DNA of 64,000 bases from Octopus sinensis. Taxonomy: Eukaryota. A program made the position numbers and the translations under genes. The stretch is taken from positions 134,788,001 through 134,852,000 of the forward strand of contig NC_043000.1 of the NCBI RefSeq assembly GCF_006345805.1, written 5' to 3'. Shown here piece by piece: positions 38,618-50,211 of this stretch (position 1 is its first letter; each line of letters begins with the position of its first letter). Below the pieces are notes generated by a model, which saw only the letters and a list, made by a program, of their open reading frames with translations, was not told where the DNA came from and made no database searches.

Positions 38618-38965
38618 TATGTCAGGTCACTTTCGAGTGCTATTGGTAACATGTAACCCAGTACAAACTGTTGCATGGTCGGGTCGTCGGCGACTAAACC
38701 GGCAACCCCACCAAGCTTGCTTGGTGAGGAGGGTGTTTATTGGACACCCTACGGGATGAAAAACAAAACCCGTCAGAAGGCGGAGGAACTCTTGAGAGTC
38801 AACAGCCATCCAATATATGTCTTAACGTGAAAAAATGTTTCCGAAAGTTATGGGAGCTGTGCTGTTTTCTGACTTTGTAAACATATCCATGGGTGTTACA
38901 CAGGTGGAGTTTGAAAAGGTGCTCAGAGTTATTGTTTGTATTGTATTAATGAAGGATTGTCTGGA
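38305..38965 (-). mobile_element. LINE 3' tail with an internal insertion
   Basis: Same family as 24968 and 62505. Interrupted at about 38583-38820. Confidence 0.78.
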
Positions 38966-39103
38966 TTTTCTAATGTTTTCAGGATGGCATAGGAATAATT
39001 GACTAAACACTTGATATAAGTGATTGAACAAAATTTTTGAGTGCAAGAAAAATGGGACTTTTGTACCACTGACAAATGAGGCATTTCTGTTTTGTATTTT
39101 CAG

Positions 39104-39369
39104 CCAGCAGTGAAATTTTAAACTTCAAAGAAATTTTTGAAAAAGCTGACCAACTTCACACAGCTTATGAAACTTGTAAATTATATGATCTTTTGAAACC
39201 ATATCAAAATTGCGAGGATGATCAGTTGCTGTGGCGTCTATCTCGAGCGGCATATGACAAAGCAAAGAGAGAACACAACAAAGATGCACGGAAAACATTC
39301 ATGTATGAGTCTTTTGGTTATGCTAAAAGAGCTCTTGCTCTAAATGACAAGAACTATGCATGTCACAAG
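39104..39369 (+). CDS. RMDN1: RMDN1-like coding exon 2 (ASSEILNFKEIFEKADQL...LLWRLSRA...YAKRALALNDKNYACHK)
   Basis: Acceptor ttttcag| at 39103, donor AAG|gtaaat. Motifs ADxL, LLWRLxRA, YAKRAL and HK resemble vertebrate RMDN1 as recalled. Confidence 0.93.
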
Positions 39370-39837
39370 GTAAATAAATATCATTTATTTGGAGATAGAT
39401 TTAAGGGACAGAAACAGTAGAATGTTAGACTGAATGTTTAACAGTATTCAATTTTACAATTCTATATTTATAAGACAAGGAATTTATATTATGTATGCTG
39501 TTTATAAGTGAAGGCGCATGGCTCAGTGGTTAGAGCGTTGTATTTAGTTAATTACACTCACTTTCACAAATTTCTGGTCTTTTGTCATTGTAAGAAATCC
39601 TTATTTAGTGTTAAAATAAAAGTCCTGTCTTATAGTAATTGTTGAATGTTAACCTATCGTATTGTACCATAAGGTTGTTTATGAAGCAACCTTTTGTAAC
39701 AATATGATAGGCTGATATAGACTTGTTAAAGTAGATTGTCTCACAAATATATACAAATATATTTCTATGGTCTGTGCCTCTCCGCTCCAAACCAAAACGA
39801 AAATATTTTCAAGAATACTTTGTAATTTTATTTTCAG

Positions 39838-39927
39838 TGGTATGCTATTCTTCTCGATGAAATTGGTCAATATGAAGGTTTGAAAATTCGAATTTCGAAT
39901 GCTTATTTAATAAAGGAACATCTATTG
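39838..39927 (+). CDS. RMDN1: RMDN1-like coding exon 3 (WYAILLDEIGQYEGLKIRISNAYLIKEHLL)
   Basis: Acceptor ttttcag|, donor TTG|gtgagt, 90 nt, phase 0/0. Resembles RMDN1 WYAI..YEG.K..I.NAY.IKEH. Confidence 0.93.
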
Positions 39928-40234
39928 GTGAGTTTATTTTAAAAATCTATTATAAGCTGATGACATCTTTTTGTTTTGTTTCATATTAAGAAAAATTGAG
40001 TTACTAACATTGCTTTAGTTATTAATTCTGAAGATTAGTTAGTTGATTGTTATTATTGCTTGATTGCTTATAATCAATATAGCTCTCCATAGGGTTATAG
40101 AAGCCAAAATGGTAAGAATATTTGACAAGTTAAAATAGTTTTTAGACTGTCATTGAATTATAATGAAATTTTTGTATACAGTGCTCAGATGCACTACAAC
40201 TCATCAGAAAATGTTGCTAAAAGTACAAGAACAG

Positions 40235-40560
40235 TCATCATCATCATCATCATCATCATTTAATGTCCGTTTTCCATGCTGGCATGGGTTAGATGGTTTG
40301 ACTGAGGTCTGGAGAGCTGCACCAGGCTCCAATCTGATCTGGCAGTGTTTCTACAGCTAGATGCCCTTCCTAATGTCAAACACTCTGCGAGTATAGTGGG
40401 TGCTTTTTACGTGCCACTGGCACAGGAGCCAGTCAGGTGGGCCTGGCATCAATCACGTTCGAATGGTGCTTTTTATGTACTGCCGGTACAAGAGTCAGTC
40501 AGGAGATACTGGCATTGGCCCCAATCGGTTGGTGCTTTTTATGTGCCACCAGCATGGGAA
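40235..40560 (-). mobile_element. Retroposon family C
   Basis: (cat)n tail, core and subrepeats. Confidence 0.82.
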
Positions 40561-40904
40561 ACGCACAGAAAAGGAACAGTGAATGAGTAGTTAAAAAAGT
40601 GTGTTTGTGTGTGGGAGTGGGCATCAGATTTACTGTTGGCGAATTTCAGGAAGCAAGGAAGTTTGGAAGGATGCAGTGTTGTGACAGCATGGTTGAGATG
40701 TTTTTTCTTCCTTAGATGCAGCTGTCATTGTATTACAGTTCTAGTCTTGTGAGAAGAAATAACATTGTCAACATTATCAACAATAAAAACATTTGTTGAG
40801 TACAGCATTGTAGTATCTATTCTCCATTGTACATATTTACTGCAGGATTAGATTTGGTTATTTAAAATTATGTCATTGCCAGATAGCATAAGATATAAAG
40901 GCCA

Positions 40905-41385
40905 ATTGAGGCAAGTGAAATCGAAGTCGAAATCAAATTCGGTGACTGGCATCCGTTGCTAGTGGAGTGTTAAGAGTACTACACGTGAGATCGTTGCCAG
41001 AGCAACAAGCTGACCTTCATGCTGATGGCACGTTAAGCACACCATTCAAGTGTGATCGTTACTGCGTTGCCTTACTAGCACTTGTGCTGGTGGCATGTGA
41101 AATATTTGAGCGAGGTCATCACCAGTGCCGCTGGACTGGCTCCTGTGCAGGTGGCACGTAAAAAGCACCATTTGGGTGTGGTCGTTGCCAGTACCACCAA
41201 ACTGGCCCTCGTGCCTGTGGCACGTAAAAGCACCCGCTACACTCTCGGAGTGGTTGGCGTTAGGAAGAGCATCCAGCTGTAGAAACTCTGCCAGATCAGA
41301 TTGGTGTCTGGTTCGCCAGACCTCAGTCAAATCGTCCAACCCATGCTAGCATGGAAAGCGGACGTTAAATGATGATGATGATGAT
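40905..41385 (+). mobile_element. Retroposon family C, inverted relative to the 40235 copy
   Basis: Core and (gat)n tail at the right end. Confidence 0.82.
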
Positions 41386-42301
41386 AAAGTTAAGATATTA
41401 AAATCTCAACAACATAGTCATGGATTCAGATTTTAATATTGCAACTATTATGTTGTGCTTCTGAGTATAGCATGTGGCTTTCTTTGCTTCAGTTTAGTTG
41501 GCTGACAAAAAACTAGCTCCTATGTTGTGGTTGAGTGGTTAGTAGTTAGAAAGGCATTCAGCTGTGGTAACCCTTGTTCTATGGGAATATGGATGTACAA
41601 AAACAAAACAAAACAAAACAAATACAAACAAGCAATTCAAACACTTTTACTGAGGTATATGAAAAATAAACTGATAAGCTGCTATGGTAACAGATTTATC
41701 TGACTGTGATTTTTGTCAAAGTAGATTATTTCACAGATTAATTCTAAAAAGATGTCATTGTTATGCATGAGATTAATTTTCAATAAATCACCATCATCTC
41801 ATCAACTTTTCCATGCTTGTATGGATAAGATGGAATACATTGAGCCAGGTTTTCTACTACTGGATAATCTTTCTGTCGCCAACCCTCACTTGTTTCCAAA
41901 CAAGGTGATATTTCCTTATGACCAGACAGGTTTTCGTTGGAGACTGGAAATGAAAGACACCACTTGTGTGACAGTGATGCTCATTTACAGCTATTACAAG
42001 ATGTCAAGACAAGATGTCTCAATCACACATATACATATATGTATGCATACATATGTACATACTTACATATATACAAACACACCACAAACCTCTTCCATTT
42101 TCCAGCCTGTGGCTGTAGTTAAAAATATTTGCCCAAAATTTGACCATGCAGTTGGGAAGCAAATTTCTAAGCCACATAGCCATGCCTGTACCTATATTAA
42201 ATCAATTTTGAGTTGATGCAACAAATTTCTCTTGGTATAAAAATTGAGAGATTAATCTTTAAAATTCAAAAATAACAATCTTTTTCAATATTTATTTCCA
42301 G

Positions 42302-42357
42302 AAAGCTGTTGAATTTAATCCAAATGATGCAACTTGTTGGCATTCGTTAGGTTACTG
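42302..42357 (+). CDS. RMDN1: RMDN1-like coding exon 4 (KAVEFNPNDATCWHSLGYW)
   Basis: Acceptor tttccag|, donor TG|gttagt, 56 nt, phase 0/2. Resembles KAIELNPKDAT...GIW. Confidence 0.92.
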
Positions 42358-42602
42358 GTTAGTAGTAATTTCTTATATTGCTATTATTTTCCTCATAACA
42401 ATTAAAAAATTATTTTTAATCATCATATTTATAATGGAAAAATATTGCTTATAGCCTGTGATGGTTGTTTAGTCCCAGTTTAGTCGTAACCAAGCACCTT
42501 TGATCAAAGGCACTTCATCCATATAAATATAGTCAAAGCCTTATTTTTTCTAGTTTCTTTTCATTTAACGTTATTACTGTGGAAAACATTTTTATATACC
42601 AA

Positions 42603-42995
42603 CTAGCAGTATTGCCTGGCGTTGCTCAGGTTTGTTTCAACCCTTTAGAATTGGAATTTTTGAAAAGTAAAAATTTTGCATTATGTAGCTTGTTATTCTC
42701 TTTAAGTGAACATTTTTCTGGTTGAAATACACCGAAAAATGGCGACACAGCAGTCTAAAAATGGTAAAAAATTGGGATTTTCATAGAAAAAAAAGCACCT
42801 TTTTGACGTAAATAATTTTTGGTGTTAACATGGTCCAATTTAAATTTTATCTTCTACGGAAGGAAGAGCAAGCCTTTTTCCATCATACTCTCAATTTTGG
42901 TCAACTTGCGCTGCAGGGTCTTGGAGGAGATAGTGTTAGTTGAAGGCTACCAAACCTGCCATACACAGACAACTTCAGCTTTATATATAGAGAGA
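42603..42995 (-). mobile_element. Non-autonomous Helitron
   Basis: Minus strand: A|TCTCTCTATATATAAAG at the 5' end, hairpin cctgagcaacgccagg (42615-42630), CTAG|T at the 3' end, no TSD. Confidence 0.85.
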
Positions 42996-43243
42996 TATAT
43001 CTTTCGGTGAAGAATGTCATGTTTGAGACTATATTTTATTAAGATACATCAAGTTTATTGAGGCATCATCATGATTTGCAGAAAACTATTCTATTTTTTG
43101 GTTGACATTTAACATCATTACTAGAATATCTATGAAATGTAATCTCCCAATTAAAGGGTTAATAATATAGACTCATGTTGTTTAATTAATTAATCAAGTG
43201 ATTATTTTATTTTTAATTTCCATTGCTATTTTTGATTTCTCAG

Positions 43244-43331
43244 GTGCTTCATGTTTGCTGATATGCCATGGTATCAACAAAAGGTTGCTAGTGCACTGTT
43301 TGCTACTCCACCTACCTCAACCTATGAAGAG
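43244..43331 (+). CDS. RMDN1: RMDN1-like coding exon 5 (CFMFADMPWYQQKVASALFATPPTSTYEE)
   Basis: Acceptor tttctcag|, donor GAG|gtaagt, 88 nt, phase 2/0. Contains the family motif MPWYQ...LFATPPxSTYE. Confidence 0.95.
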
Positions 43332-44167
43332 GTAAGTTGTTGGCCATTTACTCTTTTCATTAGTAATTAATTTATAAACACTTTACAAAATCAGTTTGCC
43401 ATATACACACTTGAGTCAAACTGTTTAAATATAGAGAAAAGAAGTTCTCGATATATTATTACTACAAAGAATTTTATTCTATCAAGACATGAAGGAAGAA
43501 ATGGATTTATCATTGTTTTAAAGTCCACTTTTTTTCTATGCTTGCATGAGTCAAATGCAAGTTTATTGAGGCAGATTTTGCTCCTGATATGCCTAAAGGG
43601 TATGATGGTCAGGGATGGGATGTCTTTGATCATAAGTCTGCTCAATCAGTGTTGAACTGGGGACTAAACAATAAGAACCAGAACAACTCTCCTATTAAGC
43701 CTAGTTTGAACTTCTGTAAAATAAAATATGGAGAAGAAAAAATTAAATATTCATCTTTATATATCCCAATTTTGAGAATAGATACTTTGTATTCTTGACA
43801 AAAATGGTTGTCATCAGGAAAAGTATCCATTAGTAAGAAAAAATACCCCAGAAAGTCCTGTCTAACCCACACCAGCTTAGAGAAGCAGACAAAATGATAA
43901 TAATGATGATGGTGGTGGTGGTGATACTAGCATAGTAGTGGTGGTGGTGGTGGTGGTGTGATATTCTAGTCAGTTTACTGAGGGAACATGAACCTTGTAT
44001 GAATTCTGTGCAAGACATCGTTAATGAAAAGTGGGAAAAAAAGTTCCCAGATCTTGTTTATCCTGTTATATTTTATTGCTCCTGTTATTGTTTTTAAATC
44101 AGGTTTTCTTTTCTTCAAACTATATTTTTGTAATTTTCTATTTTAAACCATTTTCTTTTGTTTCAAG

Positions 44168-44198
44168 GCCAAGAAGTATTTTCTAAAAGCAGAAGAAA
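44168..44198 (+). CDS. RMDN1: RMDN1-like coding exon 6 (AKKYFLKAEE)
   Basis: Acceptor tttcaag|, donor A|gtaagt, 31 nt, phase 0/1. Resembles ALxYFxxAE. Confidence 0.9.
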
Positions 44199-44382
44199 GT
44201 AAGTATAATGGATTTTAAAGATTTAATACAAGACACTATAGTTGTATAAAGTATAGCAGTTGTAGTAAAACAGTTATTTTAATTGTATCAAACATCCTAC
44301 TATAAATAAATAATATTAACAATATGTAGATAACATCAAGAAGAGTATCTGTCTAAATAATTAAAAATTCCACAGAAGTGGA

Positions 44383-44384
<2 letters not shown>

Positions 44385-44425
<41 letters not shown>

Positions 44426-44645
44426 CGCGTGCGTGTGTATACATTTGTTGTCTGTGTTTGTCTCCCCAACATCGTTTGACATCTGATGCTGGTGTGTTAA
44501 GTCCCCATAACTAGCGGTTCGGCAAAAGAGACTGATGGAATAGGTACTAAGCTTACAAAGAATAAACTCTGGGATCGATTTGTTTGACTAAAGGCGGTGC
44601 TCCAGCATGGCTGCAGTCAAATGACTGAAACAAGTAAAAGAATAA
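44385..44645 (+). mobile_element. SINE family A 3' half
   Basis: (TA)n(TG)n followed by the conserved 3' half and tail. Confidence 0.82.
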
Positions 44646-45289
44646 AGGAATATATGCAAGGTACTTGTGATACTGATGCCACATAAAAAGTACTGGTCCT
44701 GATGCCATGTAAAAAACACCCAGTACACTTTGTAAAGTGGTTGGCATTAGGAAGGACATCCAGCTGTTGAAATCATACCAAAACAGACAATGATCCTGGT
44801 GTGGATCTTAGCCTTGCTAGCACCTCTTAAAACTGTCCAATCCATGCCAGCATAGAAAAATGGATGTTATATGTTGATGATGATGATGATATATGTACAC
44901 ACACATACAGATAAATCCTAGGGGCACTTGTTTACAGAAACATGGTATGGTCACTTGAAATAAAGTACTCAAAGTATTAACATTCAGTGTGAATGTATTA
45001 AAACATTGAGTTCAACAAAGAGGTTTTGTTGAATTTTACTGTTTTAATAAAAGGAAGTTTATATATTTGTATGTTCATATGCACAGGCATTTATTTATGT
45101 GTGTGTAATAACATCTCTATACATGCATCTCTGTATCTCTATATTATCATATATAGATATTATGATTGTGTGTGTGCATGTGTGTTTTTATATATATAGT
45201 AATCCAAAAACCTCCATGATAGGTGAAAATCTGCAATGTAGAAACAGTACTGTACTGTATATTTTCTAAACTTATTTTTATAATTTGTA

Positions 45290-45815
45290 TGGTGGCATGC
45301 CAGGTCCACCTAACTGGCTCCCGTGCCGGTGGTATGTAAAAAGCATCATCCAAACATGGCCAATGCCAGTACCCCATGACTGGTTGCTGTGCCAGTGGCA
45401 CTTAAAAAGCATAATCTGAACATGAATTGTTGCCAGGCCTGCCTGACAGGCTCCTGTTCCTGTGGCAAGTAAAAAGCACCCACTACACTCGGAGTGGTTG
45501 GTGATAGGAAGGGCATCCGGCTGCCGAAACATTGCCAGATCAGATTGGTGCTTGGTGCAGCCGCTGGCTCTCCAGACCTGAGTCAAACCATCCAACCCGT
45601 ACCAGCATGTAAAAAGCACCCACTGTGACATGTAAAATGCACCCACTACACTCTCATAGTGGTTGGTGATAGGAAGGGCATCCGGCTGCCGAAACATTGC
45701 CAGATCAGATTGGACCCTGGTGCAGCTGCTGGCTCTCCAGACCTCAGTCAAACTGTCCAACCCATACCAGCATGGAAAATAGACATTAAACAATGAAGAT
45801 GATGATGATGATGCA
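45290..45815 (+). mobile_element. Retroposon family C with a duplicated core
   Basis: cacccactacactc...aaaccatccaaccc occurs twice (about 45477 and 45640). (gat)n tail. Confidence 0.8.
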
Positions 45816-46119
45816 AAACAACACCGTAGAGGAATCGACGTAAGCTTAAATAATAAACTGTGATCGGTGAACTGCGATATGGCAAGGGATTACTATACAT
45901 GCATGAGTGCACACACACACAAAGAAATGTGTCAATAGATTAAAAAAAAAAAACTTGCGCTGAATCACAATGCTTACCTTTTTTTTATGTCACTAGTTCA
46001 ATAAATGTGACATAAAAGAAATCAGCTGATATATTGTCACTATGGACTGATGCTTCATATCGCCTGACATATGACATAACAACTGTATTTCTTTTACTGT
46101 ATTGATTCAATTTCATATA

Positions 46120-46320
46120 CTCTTTACTCTTTTACTTGTTTCAGTCATTTGACTGTGGCCATGCTGGAGCACCGCATTTTAGTCGAGCAAATCGACCCTG
46201 GGACTTATTCTTTGTAAGCCCAGTACTTATTCTATCGGTCTCTTTTGCCCAACCGCTAAGTGACACCGACGTAAACACACCAGCATCGGTTGTCAAGCAA
46301 TACTGGGGGGACAAACACAG

Positions 46321-46353
<33 letters not shown>

Positions 46354-46519
46354 CGACAGGCTTCTTTCAGTTTCCGTCTACTAAATCCACTCACAAGGCA
46401 TTGGTCGGCCCGGAGCTATAGCAGAAGGCACTTGCCCAAGATGCCACGCAGTGGGACTGAACCCGGAACCATGTGGTTGGTTAGCAAGCTACTTACCACA
46501 CAGCCACTCCTGCGCCTAT
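46120..46519 (-). mobile_element. SINE family A, young full-length copy
   Basis: Reverse complement of the 35584 and 60158 copies. Confidence 0.92.
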
Positions 46520-46740
46520 ATGTAGTTGATTCATTGGTACTGTAGTATGTTGACTGTGATTTGTAACTGTTTCAATTGTAATGCTAATGACTCTCAAAAC
46601 ATACATGAGCTTTGCTTTGACATTTAAGAAGTTAAGGGCTGCATATGAATATTCCAAGGGTTTCATGAGCAAAAATGAGTAGTACCTGTATTTCAAAGGG
46701 CCAGCCTTGTCACATTGAATTTCCCTGAGAACTATGTTAA

Positions 46741-46955
46741 CCCTTTTGTTACCAACCCGGCTGAAACTGGCTCTGAGTACAAATGTCTTGTTTTCATAAG
46801 TTTTGAATTAAAATCTTCCACCAAACCTTAGTCACGGTTTGTTTTCCTAACACTAGCTGAATGATTACTAAGTTATTTTACTAAATTCTTTGTTATATTT
46901 AAAAGTAATTGAAAGAAACACAGATAATCTCAAAATAAATACAGTAACAAAAGGG
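46741..46955 (-). mobile_element. piggyBac-like MITE P1 nested in a SINE
   Basis: TTAA at 46737-46740 and 46956-46959. Inverted copy of the 11736 element. Confidence 0.9.
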
Positions 46956-48009
46956 TTAAGGGTATGTGTGTCTGTGGAGTACTCAGCCACTCGCACATTA
47001 ATTTCATAAGTAGGCTCACCATTGATTGTATCAACCGGAACTTTTATTATCATAACCAACGGAGTTTCAGTTATTTCATTCTTTGCCATGTCTTACCATA
47101 ATTTATATATTAGAAGAAAAAATAAGGGCAGCAGATAGGAATAATCATTAGAATGTCAGGCAAAACGTCTTGTAATATCTGGCTGTGATCCTTTATGCTC
47201 TGAGTTCAAATCCTTTCAAGGTTAATTTTGTTTTTTATCCCTCCAAGGTTGATAAAATAAAATACTGGCCCATTACTGGGACCAGAGGTATCAACTAACT
47301 CCCTCTCCTTAAATTTGCTGGTCCTATGCCTAAACAATTATTATTATTTTTATAAGGTGTTGAGCTGGCAGAATCATTAACATACCAGGCAAAATGCTTA
47401 GCAGCATCCTGAGTTCAAATTCTACTGAGGTTGATTTTTGTCTTTTCATTTTTTATGGGGTTGATAAAATAAGTACCAGTTGTGCACTAGGGTTGATGTA
47501 ATTAACTATTCCCCTCCCAGTAAAATTTCAGATTTTGTGTCTATAGTAGAAAGGATTGTTATTATTATTATTATTATTATATGTTTGACTTTTGTTTTAT
47601 ATTTGTACAAGTTGGCTCCAAGTCTCACCCAGAGACCTCAAGAGACAATAGGTTGGAAGTTCATGTTGTTGTTATGCCTAGTGTGCCATATATTTGGTTG
47701 TTTTTTGTGTTGTACTAGTGGATGTCTTAAAAAAAAAAAGTTTGTTTTAAACCTTGAGATTACATAGAAAGTATTATTATTATTATTATTTAGGACAGTG
47801 GAAGGCAGCAAGCTGGCAGAATCATTAGCATGCTGGGCAAAATGCTTGGTAGCATTTCATTTGTATGTTCTGAGTTCAATTTTGCCTTTCGTCCTTTTGG
47901 GGGTCAGTGAAACTAGGGTTGATGTAATTGATTAGTCCCTTTCCAGTAAAATTTCAGATCTTGTGTCTATAGTAGGAAGGATTGTTATTATTATTTAGGA
48001 CAGTTGTTG

Positions 48010-48390
48010 TTGCTGGTGTTTGTTCCTTTTTGAGCCATGTCTGGCCCATAAAGGCTGGTTTCCTGGTTTCATTAGCGTATAGGTTCCCCACATGGATGGG
48101 ATACCAGTCCGTCTCCTGCTAGATGCAGGAGGAAAGAGTGAGAGAAAGTTGTGCCAAAAGAGTCAGTAGATGTTTGGCATTACCTTCTGCTGGAGCTGCG
48201 TGGAGCTTAGGTGTTTCACTCATAAACACACACATCACCTGGTCTGAGATTCGAACCCACGATCCCTCGACCATGAGATTCAAACCCACGATCCCTCGAC
48301 CATGAGATTCAAACCCACGATCCCTCGACCATGAGATTCAAACCCACGATCCCTCGACCGCTGCTCTAACCACTAGGCCATGTGCCTCCA
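48010..48390 (-). mobile_element. tRNA-head SINE with a tandemly amplified B-box region
   Basis: Related to 3700-4101. Reverse head taaccactaggccatgtgcctcca. Confidence 0.78.
48246..48360. repeat. 29-bp tandem repeat x4
   Basis: Unit gagattc(g/a)aacccacgatccctcgaccat. Confidence 0.95.
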
Positions 48391-48962
48391 CATTTTAGGA
48401 CAGTGGTTTGGCAGAATTGTTGAGGTATCACCACCCCCAATGTATATATTTTTTCTTATGTTAAAAAGCAATTGATTTGATGCTTAAATACCTTTTCTCA
48501 CTACTCAGCTAACTACTCTGCCATGAATTAAAAATGAAACCTGTTTTCTGCCAGGAAAAGTGGGACAATAATGATCACATTAGCTTTAATTCAGCGATTT
48601 AACATCAGACATTGTATCTCATCAGACACTGTACCTCATAGTACTTGTCATAGTTTCACAATTTTAAATTGTTGTTGTCTGGTATAGGTACAAGGTCAGC
48701 AGTCCTTGAAGCGAGAAGGTTAAACAATGTCATTGACCTCAGCATTTGACTGGCGTTTTGTTTTACTTCCCCTGGAAAGATGAAAGGTGATACTGACCTC
48801 GGCAAGGTTTGAGCTCAGAATATGAAGAGTTGCAACACTGACCACAGCAGAGTTTGAGCTCAGAATATGAACAGCTGTTACAAATACCACAAGGTATTTT
48901 GTTTGATGCTCTCATGATTCTGTCGGTTCCCCACTTCACAGTTCTATTTAATGATAGCTTAA

Positions 48963-49182
48963 CCCTTTAGCATTCAGATAACTTTGTCTAATGTAATATT
49001 TATTTATTCACATTGTTTTGAATTAATTATGTATTATCGTGTAGCTTTGAGATTTCGATGATGTGATTGTTCATTTTTAGAATGACATTGTAGGTTGGGT
49101 GTGAGAGGTCAAACATGACCAGTTTGAACATAAGATAGATAGAATATTTTGGCCAGATATGGACGGTTTAAATGCTAAAGGG
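48963..49182 (+). mobile_element. piggyBac-like MITE family P2
   Basis: TTAA at 48959-48962 and 49183-49186, TIR ccctttagcatt / aatgctaaaggg. Degenerate relatives at about 32925-33150 and 53295-53507. Confidence 0.9.
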
Positions 49183-49414
49183 TTAAACTAAAGAAAAATG
49201 AGAAATAAGCTGTAAACATATTTTTCTCCTTTTTTATGAAACCATTTTTGTTAAGTTCTTTTATCCCTCAAATTTTAGAAAATATTTGGGCTTAGCTGCA
49301 ATTTCAAACATGGCAGTAAGCAAACCTTTTTAGGACAAATAACTAACTGAACCTGCTTTTGAATGTCTTGAGCTGAAAGCTGCAACCCATATTATAAATG
49401 AATAAATGCGCTCT

Positions 49415-49655
49415 TTTAAAGCCTAACCAGGCTCATGGGCCCAGTTTCCAAGTTTCAATGGCGTATGTGTTCCCCAGGTGGACGGGATGCCAGTCCATCA
49501 CAGCGTTACTCATTTTTGCCAGCTGAGTGGACTGGAGCAACATGAAATGAAGTGTTTTGCTCAAGAACACAATGCATCACCCGGTCCAGGAATGGAGACC
49601 ACAATCTTACAATCATGATGCTGACGCCCTAACCGCTAAGCCACGCGCCTCCATG
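49415..49655 (-). mobile_element. SINE family D variant
   Basis: taaccgctaagccacgcgcctcca reverse head. Reverse complement of the 6284 copy. Confidence 0.8.
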
Positions 49656-50077
49656 CAACCCATATTACTGCTGTGAAAAGATAAACAGTGTGTTCAGTAC
49701 TTGTTCAAGTCTTCTGTTCACATGATCACATGCAGATATACCCCATACTAAGTGATCCATTGCTCTTAATCCAAGCGACATAACTTCAATGAAAAAAATT
49801 TCTATTTCTGGGTTCTAACCTGGATGCTTTCATTCCGTTTTTGTTTTACATCTGTAAGACCCACAGACCAGATATGACATTTTCAGATCTCCAGTGGAGA
49901 AGACCCATGTCAAATTAGTCCTTTCAGCCTTTTCTGATGGTTGCCAGGATTATCTCAACTCCTGGTGTGAAACCAATTGGTAGAGTGGTTAATATGAAAA
50001 GATAATATTGTATTGTTTGTTTTTCTGACTCATGGATTTTTAGACTACTATACATTTTCTCTCTTTTTTTTTTGCAG

Positions 50078-50211
50078 TTGATCCTAATTTTTACAGTATG
50101 AATTTAGCTATGCTTGGCAAAACATTGGTGCGCCTAAATGAAAATGATGATGCTCGTAAATATCTTAATAAAGTTTCAAGCTATGCAATACGAACTGTTG
50201 ATGACAAAAAG
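50078..50211 (+). CDS. RMDN1: RMDN1-like coding exon 7 (IDPNFYSMNLAMLGKT...TVDDKK)
   Basis: Acceptor poly-T gcag|, donor AAG|gtgacg, 134 nt, phase 1/0. Contains DPNFYSxNLxxLGKT. Confidence 0.93.

Noticed and set aside
39076-39420. ORF-track start at ATG 39076 and stop at 39420
   Set aside because: The true exon is 39104-39369. The flanks are the polypyrimidine tract and intron.
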